NCBI GenBank assembly: GCA_016776905.1 | Contig: JADHSM010000001.1 | Coordinates: forward strand, 112,691 to 176,690 | Length of the DNA stretch: 64,000 bases | Direction of reading: 5' to 3' | Source: Planctomycetota bacterium | GTDB taxonomy: Bacteria > Planctomycetota > UBA8108 > UBA1146 | Notes under the pieces: model-generated | Databases searched by the model: none | The model's input: the letters and a program-made list of their open reading frames with translations, nothing else | What the model was told of the DNA's origin: nothing | Translations under genes and position numbers: made by a program | Shown: piece after piece, positions 10,732-20,683 of the stretch | Layout: every line of letters starts with the position of its first letter | Position numbering within the stretch: position 1 is the first letter of the stretch

Positions 10732-12045
10732 ATGAAGGTTCAATGCCTGAAGGGTTTCCGGGATTATCTTCCCGGAGAAATGCTGCAAAAAGAACGTATG
10801 CTGGCTTCCGTCAGGGAAGTCTTCGAGCAGCATGGATATCCTCCCCTGATGACCCCTGCTCTCGAATACGCAGAGGTTCTTACGGGGAAATACGGCGACG
10901 AAGGGGAGATGCTCCTCTATCGATTCCGTGATAACGGTGATCGTGATGTGGCGTTGCGTTATGACTTGACCGTTCCCTTGGCCAGAGTTCTCGCCGAGCA
11001 TGGAAATATTGGCATGCCATTTCGTCGCTACCAAATCGCACCTGTCTGGAGAGCTGAAAAACCTGCACGAGGCCGTTTCCGTGAGTTCATGCAATGTGAC
11101 GTGGATCTCATCGGGGTCGATAGTGCCGCGGCAGATGCCGAGATGCTCGTCATTGGTGCTGCGGTCATGCAGAGGTTTGGCATCGAAAACTACAAGTTAA
11201 GGATCAATCATAGAGGCGTCTTATCAGCGCTCTGTCGCAAGGTGGGTCTGGAAGGATCTGCTGAAGGAGATTTCTTAAGGATTCTCGACAAACTCGACAA
11301 GATCGGCGAGGAAAAGTTTCGGCAAGAGGTCTCAGGGATTCCCGGATTGGATGCGAGCGGACTCGATAGTGTTCTTGCCGTCGTTCTCGATGCGTCTTCC
11401 GATCCCAGAGAAGTTCTTTCTCATATCGAAAAAAATCTGGGTAGTGATGACCTCGCCACTTCGGCAATTCAACGTATGACCGAAATTCTTGATATTGTTG
11501 AAGCGGCAGGAATAGGAAAGTACTGCCAGATCGATCCCGCGATTGCCCGTGGGTTGAGCTATTACACAGGTTTGGTTTACGAGACATTCCTCGACGATTT
11601 ACCCCAGGTGGGGTCTGTCATGAGTGGTGGAAGATACGACGATCTTGTTGGCATGTTCTCCGGGAAAGAATTACCCGCTATCGGTATTAGCCTCGGCATC
11701 GATCGTCTCTTTTATGCTTTGAGTGAGATGGGACTGATAGAAACGAGCAGTCAACCTGCTGAAGTTCTTGTCGTGCTCTTTTCTGAAGAATCCGCTCCTG
11801 CTAGTTTTTCCGCCGCTTCGGGACTTCGCCATGAAGGAATCAATACCATGGTCTACCCAAAGGCCGCCAAGGTTAAAAAACAACTTCAGTTTGCTCAGAA
11901 ATCCGGTATTCCCTATGTGGTCGTGATCGGAGACGAAGAGTTGAAGAAGGGTACTGTTCAATTCCGTGATATGGATGCGGGATCCCAAGATGAGATTTCT
12001 TTGTCGGACGCAGTGACTCGCATAAAAACTGGACAGACTTCCTGA
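10732..12045 (+). CDS. hisS: Histidine--tRNA ligase
   Basis: RYDLTVP, WRAEKP-GRFREF-QCD, ARGLSYYTG, GGRYD and a C-terminal anticodon-binding domain. Confidence 0.96.
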   Translation: MKVQCLKGFRDYLPGEMLQKERMLASVREVFEQHGYPPLMTPALEYAEVLTGKYGDEGEMLLYRFRDNGDRDVALRYDLTVPLARVLAEHGNIGMPFRRYQIAPVWRAEKPARGRFREFMQCDVDLIGVDSAAADAEMLVIGAAVMQRFGIENYKLRINHRGVLSALCRKVGLEGSAEGDFLRILDKLDKIGEEKFRQEVSGIPGLDASGLDSVLAVVLDASSDPREVLSHIEKNLGSDDLATSAIQRMTEILDIVEAAGIGKYCQIDPAIARGLSYYTGLVYETFLDDLPQVGSVMSGGRYDDLVGMFSGKELPAIGISLGIDRLFYALSEMGLIETSSQPAEVLVVLFSEESAPASFSAASGLRHEGINTMVYPKAAKVKKQLQFAQKSGIPYVVVIGDEELKKGTVQFRDMDAGSQDEISLSDAVTRIKTGQTS

Positions 12046-12890
12046 TGGCGACACCAAAGGTGCTGCCTCTCCAAGGAGAAGTTTCCGTCGATGCATCTCG
12101 AACGATTCGATATTCCCTGTTCGGTGCGGATTCAAATTCCCCGAACTCGCAATCCATCATTTTTATTCCTGGGTTTAAGGGGTTCAAAGATTGGGGCGGT
12201 TGGCCGTGGTTTTGTTCCCAACTGGCAGGATTCGGGCATCGGGTCTTGTCTATAAATCCCTCGATGTGTGGTGTCGGCCCAGCGCTGGATCAATTCGACG
12301 AGCCTGATAAGTTTGCGAAGCAGACTCTGTCCCACGATATACAGGACATGAACGTGATTCTTGATGCCGTGATCTCTGGTTTTTCGGGAAATGGTGGCTC
12401 CGTCCTCATCGGTCATTCCCGAGGAGGATTAGTCGCTGCTCTGACCGCTGGACAACGAAGTGATGTGACAGGAGTCGTCTCGATAGGAACTCCTCATGAT
12501 CTGGTTCGAATCAGTTCAGAAGAAATCCGAATGTGGAGAGAAGAGGGGAAGAGAGCTGTCGTGAATGCTCGTACAGGAGAAATCCTTTTCCAGGATCTCT
12601 CGGTGCTCGAGGACTATATTGAGAAAGAGGACTCGTACGATGCTGTGAGTGCTCTCGGGAGTGCTCAAGTACCGGCATTGGGGATTCATGGAACCTCTGA
12701 CCTTGCGGTTTCAGAAGACTCATTAGAAATTTTGCACTCAAAGGTGAGACCTGATCTCACAAAGAAGTATCTCCTCTCCGATGGAGGCCATACATTGGGA
12801 TTAAGTCATCCTTATGCGGGGCCACATGCCCACGCAGAGGAAGCATTGAGTGTGATGAGAACTTGGCTAGAAGAGGTACCCTCCAGATGA
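12045..12890 (+). CDS. Alpha/beta hydrolase
   Basis: GFKGFKDWG, nucleophile elbow GHSRGG, HGTSD and GGHT. Confidence 0.85.
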   Translation: MATPKVLPLQGEVSVDASRTIRYSLFGADSNSPNSQSIIFIPGFKGFKDWGGWPWFCSQLAGFGHRVLSINPSMCGVGPALDQFDEPDKFAKQTLSHDIQDMNVILDAVISGFSGNGGSVLIGHSRGGLVAALTAGQRSDVTGVVSIGTPHDLVRISSEEIRMWREEGKRAVVNARTGEILFQDLSVLEDYIEKEDSYDAVSALGSAQVPALGIHGTSDLAVSEDSLEILHSKVRPDLTKKYLLSDGGHTLGLSHPYAGPHAHAEEALSVMRTWLEEVPSR

Positions 12891-13978
12891 AAATATATCC
12901 TGCTTACGATCCTCCTGAATATCGCGACTGGGTTGCTGATCCCGATGTCATGGAGAAGTATTCCGCACGAATGAAGGAATCGGAACTTTCAAAAAGTCTC
13001 GACCAGTTGGGTGATTCTGGGCTTGAGAATATCTATAGGGGACTGATTCGTGCACGGATTCATGACGTCACTTTGAAACGCTGGGTTCGTACTGGAGTGA
13101 TCACAAAAGCATGGCTAGGGACCGGTGAAGAAGCCGTGACGGTCGGTGCGTGTCATGCACTCGGGGCTGGAGATGTGGTGGGCCCCATGATTCGTAATGC
13201 GGCAGCCACTTTTGAAAGAGGACTTCCAATGGGGGAGTCTTTTCGGTCATATCTCGCCACAGGAGATGGATTGACTCGGGGCAGAGATCTACATTTTGGA
13301 GACCTGAATCATGGTGTTGTGGCTCCTATTAGCCACGTAGGGGACCTTGTGCCAGTCTGCGCCGGTTTTGCACTCTCATTCCAATTACGTCAGGAAGCCA
13401 ATGTCGCCATCACTTGGGTGGGAGATGGCTCGACACGTACAGGTGCTGTTCATGAAGGTCTGTCCTTGGCCTCTGCTCGAAAGTTACCTCTGATCGTTGT
13501 CGTTCAGGATAATGCCGTTGCACTGGGGACTCGAAGAGATCCACGTCTGGATGAGAGTCTTCGAGGTATGGCGGACTCATACGGGTTGGTGGGATTGGAA
13601 TGTGACGGAAATCATGTCATCGATGTTCATGCCAGCGTTCGTAAGGCCCGCGAGATTTGCCTCAATGGGGATGGTCCTGTGATTATTTTGGCAAGGACCT
13701 TTCGCTTTGGTGGGCATGCCACTCATGATGAGGCAGAGGCACGTGCGATCTTCTCTGGAGAATTTTTCAATGAGTGGGCTCGCAAGGAACCGATCGGATG
13801 TTTTGAATCATGGTTGGCCGATCAGTCCGGTCTCGGACCCGATCCGGCAGCGACTTTGGCAAGGTGGGAACTGGAAGAAACGACTCAAGTGGAGTCGATC
13901 GCTGAAGGAGCACTGGCCAGCCGGGGAGATTCCCCTCCTGATCCCAGTCGCATGTTGGGCGATGTCTTCGCCGAATAA
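12887..13978 (+). CDS. TPP-dependent 2-oxoacid dehydrogenase E1 alpha subunit
   Basis: GEEA, TPP motif GDG...QDN, DGNHV and GHATHD. ATGA overlap with the upstream gene. Confidence 0.88.
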   Translation: MKIYPAYDPPEYRDWVADPDVMEKYSARMKESELSKSLDQLGDSGLENIYRGLIRARIHDVTLKRWVRTGVITKAWLGTGEEAVTVGACHALGAGDVVGPMIRNAAATFERGLPMGESFRSYLATGDGLTRGRDLHFGDLNHGVVAPISHVGDLVPVCAGFALSFQLRQEANVAITWVGDGSTRTGAVHEGLSLASARKLPLIVVVQDNAVALGTRRDPRLDESLRGMADSYGLVGLECDGNHVIDVHASVRKAREICLNGDGPVIILARTFRFGGHATHDEAEARAIFSGEFFNEWARKEPIGCFESWLADQSGLGPDPAATLARWELEETTQVESIAEGALASRGDSPPDPSRMLGDVFAE

Positions 13979-14023
13979 GAGTCGGGATATTACTGAGCGA
14001 GACTTACGAAGCTTTTGAGTTCC

Positions 14024-14401
14024 TCAAGAACCTTGGCAATCCTCAGTTTCACTCACTGCAGGTGCCGGCGAGTTTTCAATACTGAATGAAGTTCCGCAGC
14101 CGCAGGCTCCATTTGCATTGGGATTCTCGAAGACGAAACCTCGTCCCATCAGTGACTCTTTGAAATCGACAGTCGTCCCGTTTAAGAACAGCCATGATTT
14201 GGGATCCACGAACACTCGGGCACCCTCAACTTCGAATACCCGGTCTTTATCGGTGGCCTCGTCGACCACGTCCATTCCGTATGACATGCCCGCACAGCCT
14301 CCTCCTTGAACGTAGAGGCGCAGTCCTCCTGTATCTCCCACCTGTTTCTCATCGGTGAGACGAAGGATCTCCTTGCCTGCGGTTTCTGTGACGTGAATCA
14401 T
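14024..14401 (-). CDS. A-type Fe-S carrier (HesB/IscA/ErpA family)
   Basis: GGGCAGMSY, VDPKS, F.NPN..CGCGTSF. Confidence 0.93.
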   Translation of the reverse strand: MIHVTETAGKEILRLTDEKQVGDTGGLRLYVQGGGCAGMSYGMDVVDEATDKDRVFEVEGARVFVDPKSWLFLNGTTVDFKESLMGRGFVFENPNANGACGCGTSFSIENSPAPAVSETEDCQGS

Positions 14402-14517
14402 GCATTCCTCCAGTTCGAACGGGTTCTCCTATAGGATAACCTTGGACTAGGAGTCTGGCCACGTGAACGCAACGAATCAGGCCGGGTATCGGGCGATCTG
14501 GCTCAGAAGGGACCCCT

Positions 14518-15498
14518 ATGAAGGCACTCTTCGACTCAATATCTCGAGTGATCGTCGCTCTGGGAGCCTGGGGGCTTGTCAGAGTGCTCTCCATCCCCGG
14601 GACAGCGATGGCTCGGAAATGGGGTGTTGTCCTCGGAAATTTGGCCTATGTCTTGTGTAAAGCCGATCGTGATCGTGCATTTCGTCAGTTTGCCCAGCTC
14701 GATTCTTCACTGTCCTCTCGAACCCGAACTGTCATGGTGAAAAATAATTTTCGAAACTTGGGGAGCATGCTTCTCGAGACGATCAGTTTGGCTCATCGAA
14801 GTGATGGTGTTCCTGCTCTTGAAGAGGAGCAGGGTGGAGTCCGAATCGATGGATTGAAAGAATTCAGGGATCGGATTCATGAGTTGCGTCAGGAATCGGG
14901 AGTGGTGGCGATCTCCGCCCATTTGGGGGCATGGGAATTAGGTGGAGCAGCCTTGGGACAGATATTGTCTTCCGATGCGTTTGTTCTCGCCCGAAGGTAT
15001 GACGTGGATTCTCACCAAGGCTTGGTTTCAAAGATCAGGGCCAGATTGGGAACACCTCTTCTCTATCAGGATCAATCACTGATCAGAGCCCTGCGAGCCC
15101 TGAAAAATCGGCAAGTGATTGCCATGTTGGTCGATTTGGACATCCGTGCCATGGATGGTATTCAAGCTCCATTTTTGGGAACAGATGCTCATACGACGAC
15201 GGCTCCTGCCCGATTAGCTCTTAAAACGGGCTCACCCATGTTGCCCTACTTTGTTGTGAGAGTCGGGGATCATTATCAACTTCAAATGGGAGACCTGATC
15301 CCGGTTCCTGAGTACTCAGCGGAAGAGTCAGAAGACCAAATCCAAAATCTGACGTTTCAGATGAATGAGGCTATTTGTCGCGAGATTCGTCGTTACCCCG
15401 AACAATGGATATGGATGCATCCCCGTTGGCACTCTACTCCCGAGGTGATTGCGCAAAGAAAAGCCCGTCGGGCTTTAAAAAACGACCCCGCAGGATAG
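14518..15498 (+). CDS. Lipid A late acyltransferase (LpxL/HtrB family)
   Basis: SAHLGAWE, MLVD, PFLG and YPEQWIWMHPRW motifs. Confidence 0.87.
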   Translation: MKALFDSISRVIVALGAWGLVRVLSIPGTAMARKWGVVLGNLAYVLCKADRDRAFRQFAQLDSSLSSRTRTVMVKNNFRNLGSMLLETISLAHRSDGVPALEEEQGGVRIDGLKEFRDRIHELRQESGVVAISAHLGAWELGGAALGQILSSDAFVLARRYDVDSHQGLVSKIRARLGTPLLYQDQSLIRALRALKNRQVIAMLVDLDIRAMDGIQAPFLGTDAHTTTAPARLALKTGSPMLPYFVVRVGDHYQLQMGDLIPVPEYSAEESEDQIQNLTFQMNEAICREIRRYPEQWIWMHPRWHSTPEVIAQRKARRALKNDPAG

Positions 15499-15619
15499 AT
15501 AGGGCTCCAACGCAAGCCGCTCTGGCGAGTTGAGTCCTCACCTTGAGAATGCGGCCTAGAAGTTTTAAGATGTGCAGATCCCCGATCAGTCTCGTGGGAT
15601 CTCGAAAGAAGAGGCTCGC

Positions 15620-16531
15620 ATGTTTACCTCCAACAATTCTCTCGGCTTAACGTTGCGTTTTATTCCTGCCGGAGCAAAAGTTTGGCTCACTTCCATCATT
15701 GTTCTCATGTTCCTCGTCAGTCCCGGAATGGCTCAGAACAATCCTGAACTAGACTGGAAGAAACCTGAGGGCCAAGCGATCTTTGATGAAGGCAAAACTT
15801 TTTACGATTCTAAAGAATATAAGAACGCTATAGATAAGTTTAAAGCGGCCAGAAAAATAGCGAAGAACAGAGCCACTCGAATGCACATCGACAATTGGTT
15901 GCTGGCGACGGAAGGCTCCAATGAATTGGATGCTTTACGAAAGCAGGCCGAACAGGGAAAAGAATCTGCGGCTTATCGTATTGGAGCGAGAAATTATCCT
16001 CGCTTTGCCCAATCTCCAATCGGAAAGAACTACAAAAACTTTTTAACAGAGTTGGAGACGAAGCTTTTCGTTGTATTGGATGATTTTGAGAGAGTCTCGA
16101 AGAGATACTCTGAAAAATACGGCAAGAAATTCACGGACGAAGCTGAACGAGTTCAGCAAGGAAAGCGCGCTCTGGAATGGAGCGTCAGTTCCAAAGCGAA
16201 TGAACTGAAGATTAAGACTCTCCCTCGAAGTTTGGAGGGATTCAAATCTCTTGTGCTGTACATGGACCTTCCCAAAGGAGGAAGTCCCTATCAGTTAGTC
16301 TTTGTTGTTCCTGGGAAAAGTGAAGAAGGCCTCGCCAAGGTGACCTCTGTACAAAATGCTTATATGGCTCAAATGAAGGCTCATAGAGGTCTTAAAAGAA
16401 TCGAAATCCCGCTGAAAAACTTTAAAGGGCAGGGAGACGTGGAATGGAGTCGCGTGAAGGATTTCAGAATCCAATTCCTTGGCGGCAAGAAGTTTACAGC
16501 ATACGTCGATTTCGTCGCTTTGCAGAAGTAA
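15620..16531 (+). CDS. Exported protein with a TPR-like helical region and a probable carbohydrate-binding-like C-terminal domain
   Basis: Hydrophobic segment ending in PGMA-Q; FDEGK.FYD.KEY..AI..F; C-terminal IEIPLKNF..VEWSRV..YVDFV pattern. Confidence 0.6.
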   Translation: MFTSNNSLGLTLRFIPAGAKVWLTSIIVLMFLVSPGMAQNNPELDWKKPEGQAIFDEGKTFYDSKEYKNAIDKFKAARKIAKNRATRMHIDNWLLATEGSNELDALRKQAEQGKESAAYRIGARNYPRFAQSPIGKNYKNFLTELETKLFVVLDDFERVSKRYSEKYGKKFTDEAERVQQGKRALEWSVSSKANELKIKTLPRSLEGFKSLVLYMDLPKGGSPYQLVFVVPGKSEEGLAKVTSVQNAYMAQMKAHRGLKRIEIPLKNFKGQGDVEWSRVKDFRIQFLGGKKFTAYVDFVALQK

Positions 16532-17276
16532 GTCCAGAGTCGCCGAGAGGGGAGGAGCCTGCTCCTTCCCGCCATAGTTTTTCAAAGTTTTGTGACGCGA
16601 GCTCTGTCGCTTGGTTCAAAGAGTCTTGGAGTTCTAGAGTACGATTTGAATCGTCAGCTCTACGAGATCCCGGGAGAACCGGAGGGGCGACGACGATCAC
16701 CGCACGTGTTCCCGGGTACGGAAGAATCATTCGATCCCAAGTGCCTAAGCGGCAGTATTTTTCAGCAGCAAATCCAAGTGGAATCATGGGGACGCCCAGT
16801 CTTCGTGAAAGTGCTGCGGCTCCTTCCTTTGCTTCTTGAGGGGGGCCTTTCGGTCCGTCCACAGAGATCACCGGAGAAAGTCCCGTTTGAGCCAGTGTTT
16901 GCAGTCTCTGGAATCCTCTTAATCCTCCTCTGGAACTGGATCCGTGACACACCTGAACTCCTAGGTGTCGTAATGCCGATCCTAGTCTTGCACCGTCGTG
17001 GTGCTGACTGGTGAGGGCACAAAATCCATTTTGCTTCAGGGTGAAACTCAGGGGGAAGACCCACTCATGCCAAAAGGTGACGACAAGGTTACCGTGATTT
17101 TGTAAGCCTGAGATAGCGTGATCATATCCCGACCATCTGAGGTCGACCGAGGACATCAACGATTCGATGATTCTCGCGACAATCCTTCCCGAGAAGGGGT
17201 AAGGATTTTCAGATTCGTGTGAAGGGGTTTCAATCGTCATATCTGTAGCATCGCTTGCAATAGGGGGAGGGGTCAA
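16494..17276 (-). CDS. DUF374 lysophospholipid/lipid A acyltransferase family
   Basis: FWH, SQHHDG, GSSSRGG, DGPKGP and WDRMILPYP motifs. Confidence 0.85.
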   Translation of the reverse strand: MTPPPIASDATDMTIETPSHESENPYPFSGRIVARIIESLMSSVDLRWSGYDHAISGLQNHGNLVVTFWHEWVFPLSFTLKQNGFCALTSQHHDGARLGSALRHLGVQVCHGSSSRGGLRGFQRLQTLAQTGLSPVISVDGPKGPPQEAKEGAAALSRRLGVPMIPLGFAAEKYCRLGTWDRMILPYPGTRAVIVVAPPVLPGSRRADDSNRTLELQDSLNQATELASQNFEKLWREGAGSSPLGDSGLTSAKRRNRRML

Positions 17277-18349
17277 CCTGTAGATTCTTTTCCAGCGAGA
17301 GAATCACGGTTGATTTTTTCTAATACGTCGAAGACTCGATCGACGCTGATAGAAGCCATGCAATAGGAATGATCACACCTTCGCAATAAACAGGGGGAAC
17401 AAGGAATTTCTGCAGCTAGAGATATGGCACTTGGGCCATAAGGGCCATGCACTGAAGGATCCTTGGGCCCATAAAGACCGACTGAGGAGACTCCCAAAAT
17501 TGCGGAGAGATGAATGACACCTGTATCTGCTGCCACGACTGCTCGACATTCAGAAATCATTCGACCCAAGTCTGCGGTACTTTTTGTGGGCGGGGCTGCG
17601 ATGACCTCTGGCGGAGTGGCTTTCAGAAGCTGAGATACGGCCTTTGCATCTGAAGGCCCTCCTGAAATCCAGACGACGTGTCCCCGGTCTGAAAGACGAG
17701 TCGCCAATTGTATCCACTTAGAAATGGGCCACTCTTTGAATCGGCCAAATGCACTGACAAAGGGGTGGAGTAAAATTGGGGCGTTAAAGGCAGCGTTTCG
17801 ATTCGGAATATCTGAACCCATTTCGCCGACAGGGGTCTCTCCCGAATAACCGAGTTGTCGCACGAGGTGCATGGCTCTCTCTACACGATGTACTCGTCCC
17901 GCAGGACGAGAGGGTCGATAACCTGACCACCAGCGAGGAAGTTCACCTCCATCCTCTGGATGAAGTTGCAGTGTACGCCTATGCCGAGTGAGGGATCGAA
18001 TCCACGCGGATCGAAGATTGGATTGCCAGTCGATGATCAGGTCGTAGTAATCTTGGAATATCTCCTGTCTGAAATATTCCAGTTTTTCTCGAGCTTCACC
18101 CCGGGTTTCAGGAGATTTCCACCCATTTCGAATCTCCGACCTCGGGAAGCAAATCACTCGATCGAGCCGGGGGTGATTTGCCAAGAGGGGGTATGAGAGT
18201 GATTCTGTTACTGCATCGATACGGGCAGCAGGATACAGCCTTCCTAGCGCTTCCAGAGCGGGAAGGACCTGGATCACGTCTCCAAGGGCACTGAGCCGGA
18301 TGACGAGGATCCGCTGCGGTGATAGGGGTTCACTGGGAAGTCTTCTCAC
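17273..18349 (-). CDS. GT9 LPS heptosyltransferase (WaaC-like)
   Basis: ILVIRLSALGDV, DWQ, HP..KEWP, DTGVIHL, LYGP and C-terminal CSPC..C motifs. Confidence 0.88.
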   Translation of the reverse strand: MRRLPSEPLSPQRILVIRLSALGDVIQVLPALEALGRLYPAARIDAVTESLSYPLLANHPRLDRVICFPRSEIRNGWKSPETRGEAREKLEYFRQEIFQDYYDLIIDWQSNLRSAWIRSLTRHRRTLQLHPEDGGELPRWWSGYRPSRPAGRVHRVERAMHLVRQLGYSGETPVGEMGSDIPNRNAAFNAPILLHPFVSAFGRFKEWPISKWIQLATRLSDRGHVVWISGGPSDAKAVSQLLKATPPEVIAAPPTKSTADLGRMISECRAVVAADTGVIHLSAILGVSSVGLYGPKDPSVHGPYGPSAISLAAEIPCSPCLLRRCDHSYCMASISVDRVFDVLEKINRDSLAGKESTG

Positions 18350-18439
18350 GTGGGGTAGAATGACGGGTGTCAGGGGTAAAGGGAACCCGATTCCGCGGGG
18401 GAATTTTATCCATCATCTGAACTGTCGAGGAGGCGTCCT

Positions 18440-19564
18440 TTGAGTGTCTTGTTAGGGCTGGAACTTTCCGGAGATACCATCACGTTGATGGCGGTAGACC
18501 GGAAGGGAACGAGATTGTCAGTAGTTCAAGAGGCGGTTTCCGTTCCTTTTATAGAGGATTGGAAGGTGCATCCCGATGAAAGGGTGCGTTCGGTCCGAGC
18601 TCTACTCCAACATGCATTGGAAGAAGGCAAGATTCGTCCGGGGTCTATTGCTGCCATCGGTATAGCAAGTACTCCGGGACTTGTCTTGGTCGATGCGGAA
18701 ATGGAGCCTGTTCCTCCTCGGGCTATCGGTTGGAGTGAGGAGGAGCCACCCATTCCAGAGTTGCATGAAAGAATCCCTGCCACCCTCTCCAAATTTCCAG
18801 GGCTGACACGCAGCCTCGTCGCAGTGTTGGATATCAAGGATTGGTTGAGGTATCGCTGGACCGGTGCGTTGGCGACGTCCTCGCAGTTCGCTTGGGAGTC
18901 TGGACTGACTCCTGGGTCTCACTCTCCAGAACGTTGGGATCCAGCATGCGTCGATGCGGTGGGTTTGAATTCTGGCCAGTTGCCACCCGTGATGCCAGGA
19001 CACCAGCGCGTAGGGATATTGCAGGAAGAGATGGTTCGAGAGACAGGCCTTCCTCGGGGAACCTGGTTCATGGCCGGAACAGTTCCTCGTGCAGCTCGAC
19101 TCTGGATGGCGTGTGAACCCAAGAGTGGACAGCGCATCATTCTCCTTGAAAAAGATAATGTCACCGCGTGGCGAGTGACGGATGCTAAAGAAGTCTCACC
19201 CGACGACAGGAACGCGATTCCTGCACCCTTGGGTGATCACTGGTACGTTCAAGAAAAAGGTGAGATGGAGGATCCCCGACAAGGGGGATCCGTCGATGTG
19301 TCAGCCATTTACGATTCAGCAGGAGATGCGGGCTCTGGTGAATGGGCCGCCCCCGCTGAAGACATTCGTTTGTCTGCCGATTTTGGAAAACCCTCGAGAG
19401 GTCCAGCCTTGCTCGCAGGGGTGGGTCTGGGTTGGTATCGAGACATGAAGCCGTTTTGGCGCAAGCGTTGTGCTCTTCAAACTTTGGCGCAATGGATGGA
19501 ATCCGCCTCCTCGAAAACCTCGACTGAGGATCCCATGAGTCCAGGATCAGGAGCGCCCCAATGA
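18440..19564 (+). CDS. Degenerate FGGY carbohydrate-kinase-fold protein
   Basis: IAAIGIA, LVDA..PV..AI.W, KDWLRYRWTG, LPPV and GPALLAGVGLGWY match FGGY kinases, but the catalytic motifs are altered and the C-terminal domain is short. Confidence 0.7.
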   Translation: MSVLLGLELSGDTITLMAVDRKGTRLSVVQEAVSVPFIEDWKVHPDERVRSVRALLQHALEEGKIRPGSIAAIGIASTPGLVLVDAEMEPVPPRAIGWSEEEPPIPELHERIPATLSKFPGLTRSLVAVLDIKDWLRYRWTGALATSSQFAWESGLTPGSHSPERWDPACVDAVGLNSGQLPPVMPGHQRVGILQEEMVRETGLPRGTWFMAGTVPRAARLWMACEPKSGQRIILLEKDNVTAWRVTDAKEVSPDDRNAIPAPLGDHWYVQEKGEMEDPRQGGSVDVSAIYDSAGDAGSGEWAAPAEDIRLSADFGKPSRGPALLAGVGLGWYRDMKPFWRKRCALQTLAQWMESASSKTSTEDPMSPGSGAPQ

Positions 19565-20580
19565 AATCGGCTCTGACCCTCAAAGAACAATTGCAAGATA
19601 GGTTCAGGGGAGTCTTTTTGGGGGCCGCCGTAGGAAGTGCTTTGGGGTTCCCAAATGCAGGATCTTCAAGAACCTTCATGCGAGCACTGGGAAACGAAGC
19701 GATGGAGGGTTACCTCAGGCATCGCAGTGGATATTTCCCCGAAGGTCAGCACGGAGCTTCTGTTCAGTTGCTCTCGTTAGCTACGCGAGCCGTCACGCGA
19801 ACCGGTGAGATCAATAGTATGGAAATCGTCGATGAATGGGTTCCCCTTTGGAGGGAAAATCGAATCATCGAACGTCTCCCGGAAGTGGACAGTGCGATGT
19901 CGCGCTGGCTACGTCAGGGAAACACCGCACGTGGTTGTGCATGTGCACCCGGCGAAGACGGAGCTGCCGCTATTCTATGCGGCGTCTTATCCGGTCTCTG
20001 GAGTCATGACACTCCAGATCAAATCATGGAAAACACAGAAATTCTCACCAGCATCACGCACGAAGATTCCACAGTAAGAGCTGTGAATGCTGCGCTTGCC
20101 ACCATCATTGCTCATTGTTTGACTCACCATGACATCGTATTGGGAGTTGTGATCGATGCTGCCGCAGAGGCAGCCGGCAAAATAGACGGCACTGTTTCTG
20201 AAGCGTTGCAGAAAATCCCATCCATGTTGACTCGCAATGAAGATGAAGCCTTTCTAGAGTTGGCTCACTCTTCAGATGACAGTCATCAAGTCGAGAGGGT
20301 AGGGGTCGAAGATCGTTGCCTTCCTGTCTTTTTGATTGCTGTTCATTCGTGGCTGAGAGATCCGGTTAATCCCAACTCGGTGATTCGGTCATGTCTCCAA
20401 TCCGGTGGAGCTGTTCAATTGACAGCAGCCATAGGTGGCGCGTTGGTCGGGGCCTGTTGCGGAGAAGCAGGGCTTCCTGCCCGATTGGTCAATGGGCTTC
20501 TCGAGGTGGATGAACTCCGCAAGGATGCTGATCAGCTTTATGATCGTCAGCAGTTGGAACGTAGAAGAAGAAGCATTTAG
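19561..20580 (+). CDS. ADP-ribosylglycohydrolase-fold protein lacking metal ligands
   Basis: DRFRGVFLGAAVGSALG, ITH and TAAIGGALVGA..G...LP motifs. TDD and DTD are absent. Confidence 0.8.
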   Translation: MKSALTLKEQLQDRFRGVFLGAAVGSALGFPNAGSSRTFMRALGNEAMEGYLRHRSGYFPEGQHGASVQLLSLATRAVTRTGEINSMEIVDEWVPLWRENRIIERLPEVDSAMSRWLRQGNTARGCACAPGEDGAAAILCGVLSGLWSHDTPDQIMENTEILTSITHEDSTVRAVNAALATIIAHCLTHHDIVLGVVIDAAAEAAGKIDGTVSEALQKIPSMLTRNEDEAFLELAHSSDDSHQVERVGVEDRCLPVFLIAVHSWLRDPVNPNSVIRSCLQSGGAVQLTAAIGGALVGACCGEAGLPARLVNGLLEVDELRKDADQLYDRQQLERRRRSI

Positions 20581-20683
20581 GTTATTATTTAGAAGAGTGT
20601 GGGGTTGGCTGTCAGGCCAACAACCGGGTATTCTCGGAAGTCCCACAAGTCAACACGTCGCAGGCGTGCAAAAGGAGATCACA

